Part shown: in pieces, positions 1-9,867 of the stretch
How positions within the stretch are numbered: position 1 is the first letter of the stretch
How the letters are laid out: every line of letters starts with the position of its first letter
From: Bacteroidales bacterium
GTDB taxonomy: Bacteria; Bacteroidota; Bacteroidia; Bacteroidales; VadinHA17
Assembly (NCBI GenBank): GCA_025454795.1
Contig: JALONT010000012.1
Coordinates: forward strand, 6,569-70,568
DNA length: 64,000 nucleotides
Direction: 5' to 3'
Translations under genes and position numbers: made by a program
The notes under the pieces: model-generated
Databases searched by the model: none
What the model saw: only the letters and a program-made list of their open reading frames with translations
What the model was told of the DNA's origin: nothing

Positions 1-2349
1 ATGCCCGGAGTCCTGAAAGTAGCAGGCTGGTTTGAACTGCTCTTTGTAAATGTCTTCGGTTTGCCTTACAATACAGGTCTGCTTGTTTTTGTTGTTACAA
101 TTATTGCTTTGCTTGTCCTGGGGATCAGGTATTCACTGAAGAGTAAAAGGGTAATCCTGAATTACGTAATGACCTCTCTTACAGTTATCATGATCGGATA
201 TTCCTCCTATGCCATGATTATGATCAGGTCATCTGCCAGACCTCCAATGAATCAGAATAATCCTTCTGATATCTTTTCGCTCTCTTATTACATAAACATG
301 CAGCAATATGGCAGTTCTCCAAAGTTTTTCGGGAATTATTACAGCGCACCGGTCATTAGTGTAAAAAGAGTTATTGCAGGTTATAATAAAATTGACGGAA
401 AGTACAAACCATATTATCACCCTGAATATAAATACAATAAGGATTTTGTTACAATATTTCCCAGAATGTTCAGCTCTGATCCGGAACATGTTGCAGCGTA
501 TAATTACTGGGGAAAGATTAAAGGGAAAAGATACAACTCCGGTTCAGGTGATGCAAAGGAAACTATTGTATGTCCTACCTTCGGAGAGAACCTTCGTTTC
601 TTTTTCAGGTATCAGACAGGATTTATGTATCTGCGCTATTTTATGTGGAATTTTGCCGGACGGCAGAATGATATCCAGGCTAATGGAAACAATATCAACG
701 GTAACTGGATCAGCGGTATAAAATTCATTGATGAAGCACGTCTGGGTGACCTCGATAATTTACCACAGGACCTGAAGAATAATCCTGCAAACAATAAATA
801 TTACCTTTTTCCGCTGCTGGTTGGGATCGCCGGTCTGCTATGGCAGTATAAGAAAGACAGAAACGGACTTGTGCTGGTATTTGCATTTTTCATTATGACA
901 GGAATTGCAATAATTCTCTATCTGAATCAGAATCCGAATCAGCCAAGGGAGCGTGACTATGCTTATGCCGGGTCATTCTATGCATTTGCGATCTGGATCG
1001 GAATGGGTTTTATGTATGCTTATGAACTTTTACAGAAATATTTGAATCATAAAATATCTGCAGTTATTACACTCGTTGTCCTGGTTACTGCCTGCCCTGC
1101 TCTGATGGCTGTGGAAAATTGGGATGACCATAACCGGTCAGGTCGCTACACGGCACGAGACATAGGGGCTAATTACCTTGAATCCTGTGCTCCCAATGCC
1201 GTTATTTTTACTTACGGTGATAATGATTCCTTCCCGGTCTGGTATGTTCAGGATGTTGAAGAGGTCAGAACCGACATAAGAGTAGCTAACCTGAGTTATA
1301 TCCAGGCAGGGTGGTATATCGAAATGATGAGACAGAAAGCATTTAACTCTGATCCTATTCCGCTCAGCCTTCCGCCTGAAAAATATATTGAAGGTGTCAG
1401 AACCCAGATCCCGGTTAACAAAAGGGTGGACAAGCCGGTAAATCTGAAAGAAATTGTAAGGTTTGTCGCGTTCGACGATAAGAAGTATATGATAGATTAC
1501 AGCGGCAGGGGTGATTACCTTAATTATCTGCCTACGAACAAATTTCTTATCGATGTCGATTCAGCCACAGTCCTTTCCAACGGTACTGTTAAGAATTATT
1601 TCAGTGACAGGCTGGTCTCTCCAATGTTATGGGAATATACTGATGAAGATGCTTTTAAGGGAGATCTTGCAATAATGGACCTCCTCACTACAAATAAGTG
1701 GGAACGTCCCGTCTATATATCAACTACTGTCCCCTCGAGTCAGTATAAAGGGCTTGAAAAATTTTTTATTCAGGAGGGAATGGCTTACAGGATTGCCCCT
1801 GTAAGGACAGATGAACCTGACCAGGGAGAGTACGGAATGATCGACCCTGATGTGATGTTTGATAACATGATGAATAAATTCAAATGGGGAAATGCTGATG
1901 ATCCTTCTGTATATCTCGATGAAAACAACCGTAGAATGTTCAGTAACTTCAGACGCCTTTTCGGGAATCTTGGAAATGCACTCCTTGAGAAAGGGGATAC
2001 TCTTAAAGCAGTTGAAGCCGTCAGCAGAGGACTGGAGATTGTCCCGGGAAATAAAATTCCACATGACTATTTTTCAATTGGTTCAGCTGAAGTGCTTATC
2101 CGGGCCGGTAAGAAAGTGGAGGGTGAGCAGCTCCTGAATAAAATAATTGATTACTCAAAAGAATATCTTGAATATTCTGTCAGTTTAAGATCAGGAGAAA
2201 GGTTTGGTCTTGATTATCCATCCGGAATCAACATGCAGACACTTCTTGATATATATAACTTTTCAATGAGTACAAAAGATGAAAAGCTGACAGCGATTGT
2301 AGAACCTCTGATAAATAAATACTACGAAAAGCTCTATTCGGTTAAATAG
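1..2349 (+). CDS. DUF2723-type (GT-C-fold, TMEM260-like) integral membrane glycosyltransferase-like protein; the ORF touches the window edge, so the N-terminus may lie upstream
   Basis: 782-aa ORF with many hydrophobic helices in the first ~400 aa. The motif IRSSARPPMNQNNP...YINMQQYG matches what I recall for Bacteroidota DUF2723 proteins. Long soluble helical C-terminal half. Confidence 0.65.
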   Translation: MPGVLKVAGWFELLFVNVFGLPYNTGLLVFVVTIIALLVLGIRYSLKSKRVILNYVMTSLTVIMIGYSSYAMIMIRSSARPPMNQNNPSDIFSLSYYINMQQYGSSPKFFGNYYSAPVISVKRVIAGYNKIDGKYKPYYHPEYKYNKDFVTIFPRMFSSDPEHVAAYNYWGKIKGKRYNSGSGDAKETIVCPTFGENLRFFFRYQTGFMYLRYFMWNFAGRQNDIQANGNNINGNWISGIKFIDEARLGDLDNLPQDLKNNPANNKYYLFPLLVGIAGLLWQYKKDRNGLVLVFAFFIMTGIAIILYLNQNPNQPRERDYAYAGSFYAFAIWIGMGFMYAYELLQKYLNHKISAVITLVVLVTACPALMAVENWDDHNRSGRYTARDIGANYLESCAPNAVIFTYGDNDSFPVWYVQDVEEVRTDIRVANLSYIQAGWYIEMMRQKAFNSDPIPLSLPPEKYIEGVRTQIPVNKRVDKPVNLKEIVRFVAFDDKKYMIDYSGRGDYLNYLPTNKFLIDVDSATVLSNGTVKNYFSDRLVSPMLWEYTDEDAFKGDLAIMDLLTTNKWERPVYISTTVPSSQYKGLEKFFIQEGMAYRIAPVRTDEPDQGEYGMIDPDVMFDNMMNKFKWGNADDPSVYLDENNRRMFSNFRRLFGNLGNALLEKGDTLKAVEAVSRGLEIVPGNKIPHDYFSIGSAEVLIRAGKKVEGEQLLNKIIDYSKEYLEYSVSLRSGERFGLDYPSGINMQTLLDIYNFSMSTKDEKLTAIVEPLINKYYEKLYSVK

Positions 2350-2355
2350 ATAAAT

Positions 2356-2970
2356 ATGAGGCTTTTCAGGCCATCAGCTATTGTACGCTGGCTTTACCCT
2401 GAAGCTCTATTCAGGTTAAAAACAAAGGAAAAGATCCTTTGTCTGACCTTTGATGATGGACCTGATCCGGGATCGACTCCTTATCTGCTGGAGACACTTG
2501 AGAGGCATGATATAAAAACTGTTTTTTTCTGCAGCGGAAAAGCAGCTGAGAAGTACCCGGAACTTATTGATAAGATAACAAGCAAAGGTCATATCATTGG
2601 TAATCATGGTTATAACCACTTAAACGGCTTGAAAACACCTGCCGGAAAGTATTGTGAAGATGTGCATTTTGCTTCCGGTCTTACATCTGACAAACTATTT
2701 CGTCCCCCCTATGGCCGTTTAAGTATCAGACAATATAACAGACTCCGTAAATCTTATTGCATCGTTTTATGGGATATCATGCCCTATGATTTTGATACTG
2801 GATACGGAATGGAAAAGTCACTGCGAACACTTATCAGGATGATAAGGCCGGGTTCAGTGATCGTTCTGCACGATACTCCTGCGTCAGCTTCACCGGAATT
2901 TCTCAGAGAGTTTCTGGATCTGGCACTAAGTAAAAATTACAGATTTGGCCTTCCGGATTTCCGTCGATAA
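2356..2970 (+). CDS. polysaccharide deacetylase (NodB / CE4 family)
   Basis: NodB motifs LTFDDGPDP and GNHGYNH; ATG start 6 nt after the upstream stop. Confidence 0.85.
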   Translation: MRLFRPSAIVRWLYPEALFRLKTKEKILCLTFDDGPDPGSTPYLLETLERHDIKTVFFCSGKAAEKYPELIDKITSKGHIIGNHGYNHLNGLKTPAGKYCEDVHFASGLTSDKLFRPPYGRLSIRQYNRLRKSYCIVLWDIMPYDFDTGYGMEKSLRTLIRMIRPGSVIVLHDTPASASPEFLREFLDLALSKNYRFGLPDFRR

Positions 2971-3013
2971 AATTTTCGCTTATCTTCAGGATTCAGTTAT
3001 CAGATTGAAATAT

Positions 3014-3021
3014 TACATTTG
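3014..3021 (+). promoter_or_regulatory. Bacteroidota sigma-A -7 box (TACATTTG, consensus TAnnTTTG) for purD
   Basis: Exact TAnnTTTG match 22 nt upstream of the ATG at 3043. It supports that ATG over the TTG at 3019 used by the ORF track. Confidence 0.45.
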
Positions 3022-3042
3022 GGATACTTAAATTCTTTAAAA

Positions 3043-4311
3043 ATGAATATTCTTATCCTGGGTTCAGGAGGCAGGGAACATGCACTCGCCTGGAAACTTG
3101 CCCGGAGCAGAAAGATCAGCAGGATCTTTATCGGACCCGGAAATGCAGGAACATCCTCGGTAGGGACTAACCTGGTGATTGACCCTGAAGATTTTAAAGG
3201 GGTAAAGAAAGCTGTTATTGAGAACAGCATCAATATGGTGGTGGTTGGTCCGGAGGCTCCCCTTGTTGAAGGTATCCATGATTTTTTTCTCAGCGATGAA
3301 CATCTTAAGAACATTCCTGTGATAGGTCCGAAAAAATCTGCCGCCAGACTCGAAGGGAGCAAGGATTTTGCAAAGGTGTTTCTTTCCCGGCATAAAATTC
3401 CAACCGCAGCTTATAAAAGTTTTGACGCTGGAACACTGAAAGAAGTTGTTCCGTTTCTGAGAACTCTCAAGCCTCCCTATGTTATTAAAGCTGATGGTCT
3501 TGCTGCGGGCAAAGGAGTAGTTATTATTGATAATATTTCTGAAGCCGGGAAGGAAGTAAGGGATATGCTTGGCGGAAAATTCGGAGATGCAGGGAAGAAA
3601 GTCGTTATAGAACAATTCCTTAAAGGCATTGAATTATCAGTATTCGTAATAACTGACGGCAAATCATATAAGCTGCTGCCTGAAGCTAAAGATTATAAGA
3701 GGATAGGAGCAGGAGATACCGGACTTAATACCGGAGGAATGGGTGCTGTATCTCCAGTCCCGTTCGCCAGTCCGGAATTTATGAAAAAGGTGAGGGAAAG
3801 AATAATCGATCCAACGATGAAAGGATTGTCAGATGATGGCATCATCTATAAGGGATTTCTTTTCTTCGGTTTAATAAACGTAGAGGGTGATCCTTTTGTA
3901 ATTGAATACAATGCCCGCCTCGGCGATCCTGAGTCTGAAGTAATCATCCCAAGGATAAAATCGGATCTCTTTGAGCTCATTGAAGGAGTAGCGATGGAGA
4001 ACCTTTCTGAAAGGAACTTTGAAACAGACAGCGGATTTGTAACGACGGTTATGCTGGTATCCGGAGGTTATCCGGAACACTATGAAAAGGGAAAGGAAAT
4101 CCACGGGCTTGAGCAAACAAAGGAATGCGTAGTCTTTCATTCCGGAACAAAAATATCGGATAATAAGGTAGTTACTTCAGGAGGCCGGGTGCTTGCTGTG
4201 AGCTCCATGGGAACAACAATGAAAGAATCACTAAACGGCTCATACGCGAATGCCCGTCTTTTATCATTCGAGAAAATGTATTTCAGACCTGATATAGGAT
4301 TTGATTTATAA
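3043..4311 (+). CDS. purD: phosphoribosylamine--glycine ligase
   Basis: MNILILGSGGREHALAWKL N-terminus, ATP-grasp core, and full-length collinearity with PurD (~422 aa). Confidence 0.95.
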   Translation: MNILILGSGGREHALAWKLARSRKISRIFIGPGNAGTSSVGTNLVIDPEDFKGVKKAVIENSINMVVVGPEAPLVEGIHDFFLSDEHLKNIPVIGPKKSAARLEGSKDFAKVFLSRHKIPTAAYKSFDAGTLKEVVPFLRTLKPPYVIKADGLAAGKGVVIIDNISEAGKEVRDMLGGKFGDAGKKVVIEQFLKGIELSVFVITDGKSYKLLPEAKDYKRIGAGDTGLNTGGMGAVSPVPFASPEFMKKVRERIIDPTMKGLSDDGIIYKGFLFFGLINVEGDPFVIEYNARLGDPESEVIIPRIKSDLFELIEGVAMENLSERNFETDSGFVTTVMLVSGGYPEHYEKGKEIHGLEQTKECVVFHSGTKISDNKVVTSGGRVLAVSSMGTTMKESLNGSYANARLLSFEKMYFRPDIGFDL

Positions 4312-4315
4312 GATA

Positions 4316-5308
4316 ATGTTAAGATTATTCAAAGGAACCGGCCCGGGTGTTATTTTACTTATTGTAGTTCTCCTGGGTGGATTATGGGCAAGTGCTTTTA
4401 TGGATCCTCAGATGCCGGGGCAGGAACCTTTTGAGACCAGCCCGATGCCGTTATATGGAATAGTTCAGTCAATTATCGGAAACCATCCCTTGTCAGGAGT
4501 GATTTTCACATTCCTGATTCTGTCTGTCATGCTTTTTCTTCTGGTTAATTTCAACACAATTGTCTTTTTTATCAATGAAAGAACATTTCTGCCGGCAGTC
4601 ATCTATCTGTTATTCAGCGCTATCTTTCCCGAGATGCAGGTTCTGAATCCGGTCCTTCCTGCTGCACTGTTTCTTTTACTGGCTTTTATCAGGATAATGG
4701 ATGCCTACAGAAAACCTGGTATTGCCTTTAACTTTTTTGATGCAGCCCTGCTCATAAGCATCGGAAGTCTCTTTTATGCTAACCTGATCTGGTTCGGATT
4801 GCTGGTTATTATAGGGATTGCCTTACTTAGGACAGGAAACATAAAAGAAATAGCAGTTTGCTTAACCGGACTGGCTGTACCCTATATTCTTACATTCGGC
4901 CTCTATTATGTACTGGGCAAGGATATCGGAACTTTTTTGACTGATATACGTGATAATCTTTTTGGAGAGAATGCCGGCTACGCTTTCACACGACTTTCCG
5001 TTATTATTCTTATATTACTGGGACTGATAATTCTCACCAGCATTGTTTACCTTATGATGCAGTTGAATTCAAAAAAAATAAAAACAAGAAAAACCTTTTA
5101 CCTGCTTCTATGGAGTTTTGTCATTCCACTGATATTATATTTGGTCTTATCATCTGTCTCCGTTGAATTAATATGGATAACAGGTATCCCGGCAGCTTAT
5201 TTTCTGGCCCATTATTTTGTATTTGAAAGGAAGAAACTTGTTCCGGAGATAATGTTTACCGGACTCCTGGTTTTAATACTGCTTCTGCAGCTGCTTACAA
5301 TAATCTGA
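4316..5308 (+). CDS. multi-pass integral membrane protein of unknown function
   Basis: About 9-10 hydrophobic segments and no catalytic motif that I recognise. The first ATG is at 4316; the track start at 4301 is TTG and overlaps purD. Confidence 0.55.
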   Translation: MLRLFKGTGPGVILLIVVLLGGLWASAFMDPQMPGQEPFETSPMPLYGIVQSIIGNHPLSGVIFTFLILSVMLFLLVNFNTIVFFINERTFLPAVIYLLFSAIFPEMQVLNPVLPAALFLLLAFIRIMDAYRKPGIAFNFFDAALLISIGSLFYANLIWFGLLVIIGIALLRTGNIKEIAVCLTGLAVPYILTFGLYYVLGKDIGTFLTDIRDNLFGENAGYAFTRLSVIILILLGLIILTSIVYLMMQLNSKKIKTRKTFYLLLWSFVIPLILYLVLSSVSVELIWITGIPAAYFLAHYFVFERKKLVPEIMFTGLLVLILLLQLLTII

Positions 5309-5313
5309 TGAGA

Positions 5314-5745
5314 TTATTTTACCATTGATACCACGCCAACACCTGACCCCTGCTGTCCGTCAACGAAATCATAGTTAAGCTGGTAGATGCCACTTTTATT
5401 GCATATGAAATCGACATAAGGGTATGTCTTTCCGGTTTTTTGATCGAATGAAGACAAGACCAGTTTATTGGCATTATCTTTTATGCTGAGGATAAGCTTA
5501 CCTTTTGAATCTTCTGCGTTGCAAAGGGAAAACCTGTACTTTGTGTTTTTCCAGAGTGACATTTGAGCCTTATATCTCAGTTCGCCGGCAGAAGGAGCCT
5601 TGCCAAGCTGAACTCTGAAGTCCTTCAGATATTTTGAACCTGGTCCTGCCGTTGTAAGGCAGTTGCTTACAAGTGGATCTGAGGTCTGTCCTTTTACAAG
5701 GATACCTGCTGCAAGCAAAAACAAGATGATAAAATATTTTTTCAT
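5314..5745 (-). CDS. small secreted protein, unknown function (signal peptide, beta-rich)
   Basis: MKKYFIILFLLAAGILVKGQ signal peptide. Sits 1 nt downstream of the preceding gene in a four-gene same-strand block. Confidence 0.5.
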   Translation of the reverse strand: MKKYFIILFLLAAGILVKGQTSDPLVSNCLTTAGPGSKYLKDFRVQLGKAPSAGELRYKAQMSLWKNTKYRFSLCNAEDSKGKLILSIKDNANKLVLSSFDQKTGKTYPYVDFICNKSGIYQLNYDFVDGQQGSGVGVVSMVK

Positions 5746-5746
5746 A

Positions 5747-6661
5747 CTAATTATTTAAAATTAGTTTGTCTCTGATACTTTTTGTTACTTCAATGATGCT
5801 GGCAATCTGTGCATCAGTCATTTCAACTACACTGGTTTCGGTTTGTCTGATCACAAGTCCGCCATTTTCTTCAACACTTTCGGGTTCCCCGAGAGTATAA
5901 GTAATCCTGACGTCCCTGTATGTTTCCTTGATTGCCTGCAGGTTCCGGCAAAGGGAACTGAATTCTGTGTCCCGGTCGCAATAAGGTGCTGCAAGCATAA
6001 TAAGATCATTCAGGATAATTTTTTGTTCTCCTATACGGTCTTTAAGCATCGGATCAGGATACTCCTTCATAACCTGTGTGGCAAGATACTGGCCTTCAAT
6101 CCAGACTCCTATAATCATAAGTGAGGAGAGCTGGCCGCGATCATTGTCGCGAAGGTATTTATCGATCTGTGTATAAGAGTCAATTGACAGAAATAAGAGA
6201 GAATCGAGATTTGATTTATTGAGGGAAAGTCTTTTAATTGTCTCAAAATCAAAGAACTGACCTACCCTGATCCCTTCAGCAAGTTTTCTTATGGAAGATA
6301 AAATATCGATGGAAGTTCCGGTTTTTTCATACATATTCAGATATCCCAGATCAGCCCCGAGTACTCCAAGTGAAAATGCTTTGTCAAAGGCAGTAGTCTG
6401 CTTATTTGCATCAATTGAAGAGGCAAGATACTCTGGAGAATAGGGTACCGCCATAACCTGAAGGAGATTTGCTATTTCGACAGGAGAGGCTATATTTTTT
6501 GAAATCTCCTCAATGGCCTCAGTGCTAAGTTTCTCGGCTTCACTTGCAGGAATCGAATCAGCTTCGGGGAATACAAATTCAGACCCCTTGTTTGATGCGT
6601 TCCTGCATGAGAAACTCATAAACATGATAATAAACAAGACAAAAAAGAATCTTCCCTTCAT
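5747..6661 (-). CDS. putative lipoprotein, unknown function (helical)
   Basis: N-terminal hydrophobic segment ending in FSC (lipobox-like). Sits 16 nt downstream of the ABC gene. Confidence 0.5.
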   Translation of the reverse strand: MKGRFFFVLFIIMFMSFSCRNASNKGSEFVFPEADSIPASEAEKLSTEAIEEISKNIASPVEIANLLQVMAVPYSPEYLASSIDANKQTTAFDKAFSLGVLGADLGYLNMYEKTGTSIDILSSIRKLAEGIRVGQFFDFETIKRLSLNKSNLDSLLFLSIDSYTQIDKYLRDNDRGQLSSLMIIGVWIEGQYLATQVMKEYPDPMLKDRIGEQKIILNDLIMLAAPYCDRDTEFSSLCRNLQAIKETYRDVRITYTLGEPESVEENGGLVIRQTETSVVEMTDAQIASIIEVTKSIRDKLILNN

Positions 6662-6677
6662 AAGGATGATACATTGA

Positions 6678-9600
6678 TTAATACAAAAATATAAAAAAAC
6701 AGATTACTAAGCTATTAAATATGCCCTTTCGGATTTTAAATTTTTCCATGAACCTGACAACTTTAGCCAGGAGCTCATAGTACAGTATCAGGTAGAGCAA
6801 TATTGTACTTATCATAACAAGGACAATGTTGAATGTAAAAGCATCGGTCCTGATCCCGAAGAAATATTTAACCGGTGCATAAAAATGAGCTCTGAACCCT
6901 AAGAATCCCCTCTTATTAGGGTCAAGATAGATCGGGTCAATGTTCTGAACAATCGAATTCTTGTAAAGAAGGAGTTTTTTCCGCTCGTAGTATTTTGTAA
7001 CAATCTCTTCGAGCTTGTAATTATAGTAATCATTCTTCCACTGATCCAACTTCTTACTATTCACATTGTAAAACATATCTCTTCTGTTTTCAGCAGAATT
7101 AGATATCGTGCTGAAAACTTCATCCATTTTCTTCAGATAAGCGGTGACGGAATCAGCAATGCCTGGATTGAATTCATAAGGTGTCAGATAATTAATATAC
7201 CTGAACTCAGGTACACCGTAACACCCCGATATTTTAGTAAGTTCATTTACAAGCAATGGAAGTTTGCTGAACTTGCGGGTCTGCTTGCTCAGTAACAGTT
7301 CTTCCCTGGCACCATAGTTCTTTGGATTGCTCCTGTATTCATAAAGACATGAATCAAGTGCTTTATTCAATTCAGGGATCCTGTATACCTTGTTGAAATC
7401 AGCCTCACTGATCTTTTTCTGAAGAAGGTAATATGTTTCTTTCTCCTGATTATATTCTATTTTACTATATTTGTTATCTTTGAATTGGGCAACCATAAGT
7501 GCTTCATAAGTCCATCTTGTCGGCATCAGTTCTGCAATAAGAGGAACCTTATCTACATTTCCGATCTTCCTGTTCAGCTTGTCGAAAGGGAACATAGCAC
7601 CGCTGAGCACCATCATCGGAATTATCAGCAGTGGGATTACAATATAGATGGTAATAGCAGAATTAAATGAAGCCGAAATGTTAAGTCCCAGCATGTTAGC
7701 ACAGAATGACGTCGTAAAAAGTGCAATCCAGTAATAAAAAAACATTCCTTTAATACCAAGAATAGGATTGGCAATAATAAGGAACAACAAAGTCTGAAGG
7801 GCTGAGATTAAGATCATTATCGAGATCTTGGCTGACAGGTAGCTTGTGCGGCTCAGGTTAAGAAAACGTTCCCTTTTAAGGATCTTCCTGTCACGGAAGA
7901 TCTCTTCAGCGCTTATTGTAAGCCCGATGAAAAGAGCCACAATGAGACTCATGAAAATATAAATCGGGATATTCTCATTTTCCGAAAAAATATAGATGTT
8001 TGAATCAGGGTCAGGGATGTACCTGATAATGAAAGAAAGTACAAATCCAAGGACGGGAGCTTCAAGTAGAGTAAGTCCAATATATTGCCTGTTCGAGAGC
8101 TTGCTTTTTAAGTCTCTTGTGAGATAGATTAAAAACTGCTTCCATAATCCGGGTCTCTGAAGATTCTTATGCGGAGGCTCTTTAACATCGGGAATCCTTG
8201 ATAAGGGATGCTTCTGCTTAAAAGTATTAGCCCATTCTTCAGGTTTGACTTTCCGTTTATCTGTATATTTTCCGAACTCATCCACAACATGCGTTTCGAG
8301 GATATTGAAGATCGTCTCAGTATTTACGTTCCCGCATGAAGGACACTCTCCTACGGTGGAATTAATCTGTGCATCAAGGGTTTTAAAATAGATAACCGCA
8401 TCAACAGGATTGCCATAATACGCCATACATCCTTTCTGGTCAAGAATAATGATCTTATCGAACATCTTGAATATTTCGGATGATGGCTGGTGGACAACTG
8501 TGAACAATAGTTTTCCCTTCAGAGTAAGATCCCTGAGGAGGTCCATAAGAATTTCTGAATCCCTTGAAGAGAGTCCCGATGTCGGCTCATCAAGAAAAAG
8601 AACCGAGGGTTCCCTGATAAGTTCAAGAGCAATATTGAGCCTCTTCCTCTGACCTCCGCTGATCACCTTATTGAAGGGAGTACCAACCTTCAGATCCCTT
8701 TTTTCAAGCAGACCCAGGTTCAGGAGGGTATTATCGACTAATGAGGTCAGATCCTCTTTTGATCTTTCTTTAAAGCATTGGCAAGCAGCAAAATACAGGT
8801 TCTCAAAAACCGACAGGTCCTCAATCAGCAGATCATCCTGGGGGACATATCCCAAAACTCCTTCCAGTGCCTTATTGTCATTAATGATATCAAGCCCGTT
8901 TATTCTGACGGATCCGTTTACAGGTTTTTCTATTCCGCTTAATAGATTTAAAAGGGTTGTTTTTCCGGAACCGCTTGCACCAAGAATTCCGACAAGTCTC
9001 CCTTCATCAATCGAAAAGCTGATATCGTCAATTGCATGATGTCCTTCGATGAAATCGTAAGTCAGGTTTTCAACTGTAAACGAAAGTTTATGAATAATGA
9101 TGTCGGAAAGAAAATTCGAACTTATGTCGCTGTAATAAATAGCATGACCCTGCGAGGATCTCAACGATCCTCCTTTTGCAAAGGAATAAACCTGCCCGGA
9201 ACTTATTGGAAGACCGTTCAGATAAAGTTGCTCCTCTGAGATATATTTAAAAAAATAAAGATCAACACTGGCAATTCTTAAGAAATAGATATTAGTGTCC
9301 TGATATCCAATGAGCATCCTCTTGCAGATATCGCACTCTTCATTTCCCGGGCTCATGACAAGAATAGCCGGATTTTTAAGCTTCTCAGGGTCATCATTTT
9401 TAACGAATTGCTCGGTAGCTGCAAATTCTTCGGGAGATATTTTAAAGACTTCCGCAACGGTATTGATAATATTCATCCTCTGCGGTGTGAACCTGCGTTC
9501 AGCATTTAATAGTTCATAAAGGCGCATAAGCACAACCACCTTTTGTTCCTGGTTCAGAGTACGGTTTATCTTCTTGCAGATACCTAGCACCTTTACGGAG

Positions 9601-9821
9601 TCTCTTACAGAGGGGGTAGCAGGTTCTGCTTCCGCAGACTTTTCCTTAACCGAACCTGCTTGCTCATCGAAAAGAGCAAGATACTCCCTTCCACTTTCCC
9701 GGGTCAGTTGTTTTGTCAGAAACATTGAAATATACTCACGCTCACTTATTATCATACCCCCGTCCTGCTTGACTATAAGCGCAAATAATTCCATTAGTGC
9801 CTTCAGGATCTCCTCACTCAT
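6678..9821 (-). CDS. fused ABC transporter (ABCG-like: ATPase followed by an ABC-2 permease) with a ~270-aa N-terminal extension (TerB-like helical module plus possible FHA-like segment)
   Basis: Walker A GASGSGKTTLLNLLSG, signature ISGGQRKRLNIALEL, Walker B LFLDEPTSGL, then about 6 TM helices. The N-terminal 270 aa precede the ATPase. Confidence 0.85.
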   Translation of the reverse strand: MSEEILKALMELFALIVKQDGGMIISEREYISMFLTKQLTRESGREYLALFDEQAGSVKEKSAEAEPATPSVRDSVKVLGICKKINRTLNQEQKVVVLMRLYELLNAERRFTPQRMNIINTVAEVFKISPEEFAATEQFVKNDDPEKLKNPAILVMSPGNEECDICKRMLIGYQDTNIYFLRIASVDLYFFKYISEEQLYLNGLPISSGQVYSFAKGGSLRSSQGHAIYYSDISSNFLSDIIIHKLSFTVENLTYDFIEGHHAIDDISFSIDEGRLVGILGASGSGKTTLLNLLSGIEKPVNGSVRINGLDIINDNKALEGVLGYVPQDDLLIEDLSVFENLYFAACQCFKERSKEDLTSLVDNTLLNLGLLEKRDLKVGTPFNKVISGGQRKRLNIALELIREPSVLFLDEPTSGLSSRDSEILMDLLRDLTLKGKLLFTVVHQPSSEIFKMFDKIIILDQKGCMAYYGNPVDAVIYFKTLDAQINSTVGECPSCGNVNTETIFNILETHVVDEFGKYTDKRKVKPEEWANTFKQKHPLSRIPDVKEPPHKNLQRPGLWKQFLIYLTRDLKSKLSNRQYIGLTLLEAPVLGFVLSFIIRYIPDPDSNIYIFSENENIPIYIFMSLIVALFIGLTISAEEIFRDRKILKRERFLNLSRTSYLSAKISIMILISALQTLLFLIIANPILGIKGMFFYYWIALFTTSFCANMLGLNISASFNSAITIYIVIPLLIIPMMVLSGAMFPFDKLNRKIGNVDKVPLIAELMPTRWTYEALMVAQFKDNKYSKIEYNQEKETYYLLQKKISEADFNKVYRIPELNKALDSCLYEYRSNPKNYGAREELLLSKQTRKFSKLPLLVNELTKISGCYGVPEFRYINYLTPYEFNPGIADSVTAYLKKMDEVFSTISNSAENRRDMFYNVNSKKLDQWKNDYYNYKLEEIVTKYYERKKLLLYKNSIVQNIDPIYLDPNKRGFLGFRAHFYAPVKYFFGIRTDAFTFNIVLVMISTILLYLILYYELLAKVVRFMEKFKIRKGIFNSLVICFFIFLY

Positions 9822-9867
9822 AAATGAATTGTGATATTATCGATTTCAGAAAAACTAAGTTATAAAA

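Noticed and set aside
3000-3662. Antisense and overlapping ORFs within purD (3000-3362, 3064-3615, 3477-3662). Similar shadow ORFs occur inside other genes, e.g. 61240-61797, 59950-60528, 36869-37357 and 45735-46151.
   Set aside because: They lie entirely within strongly supported genes on the opposite strand or in another frame. They have low-complexity or atypical composition and no recognisable motifs. They are typical shadow ORFs.
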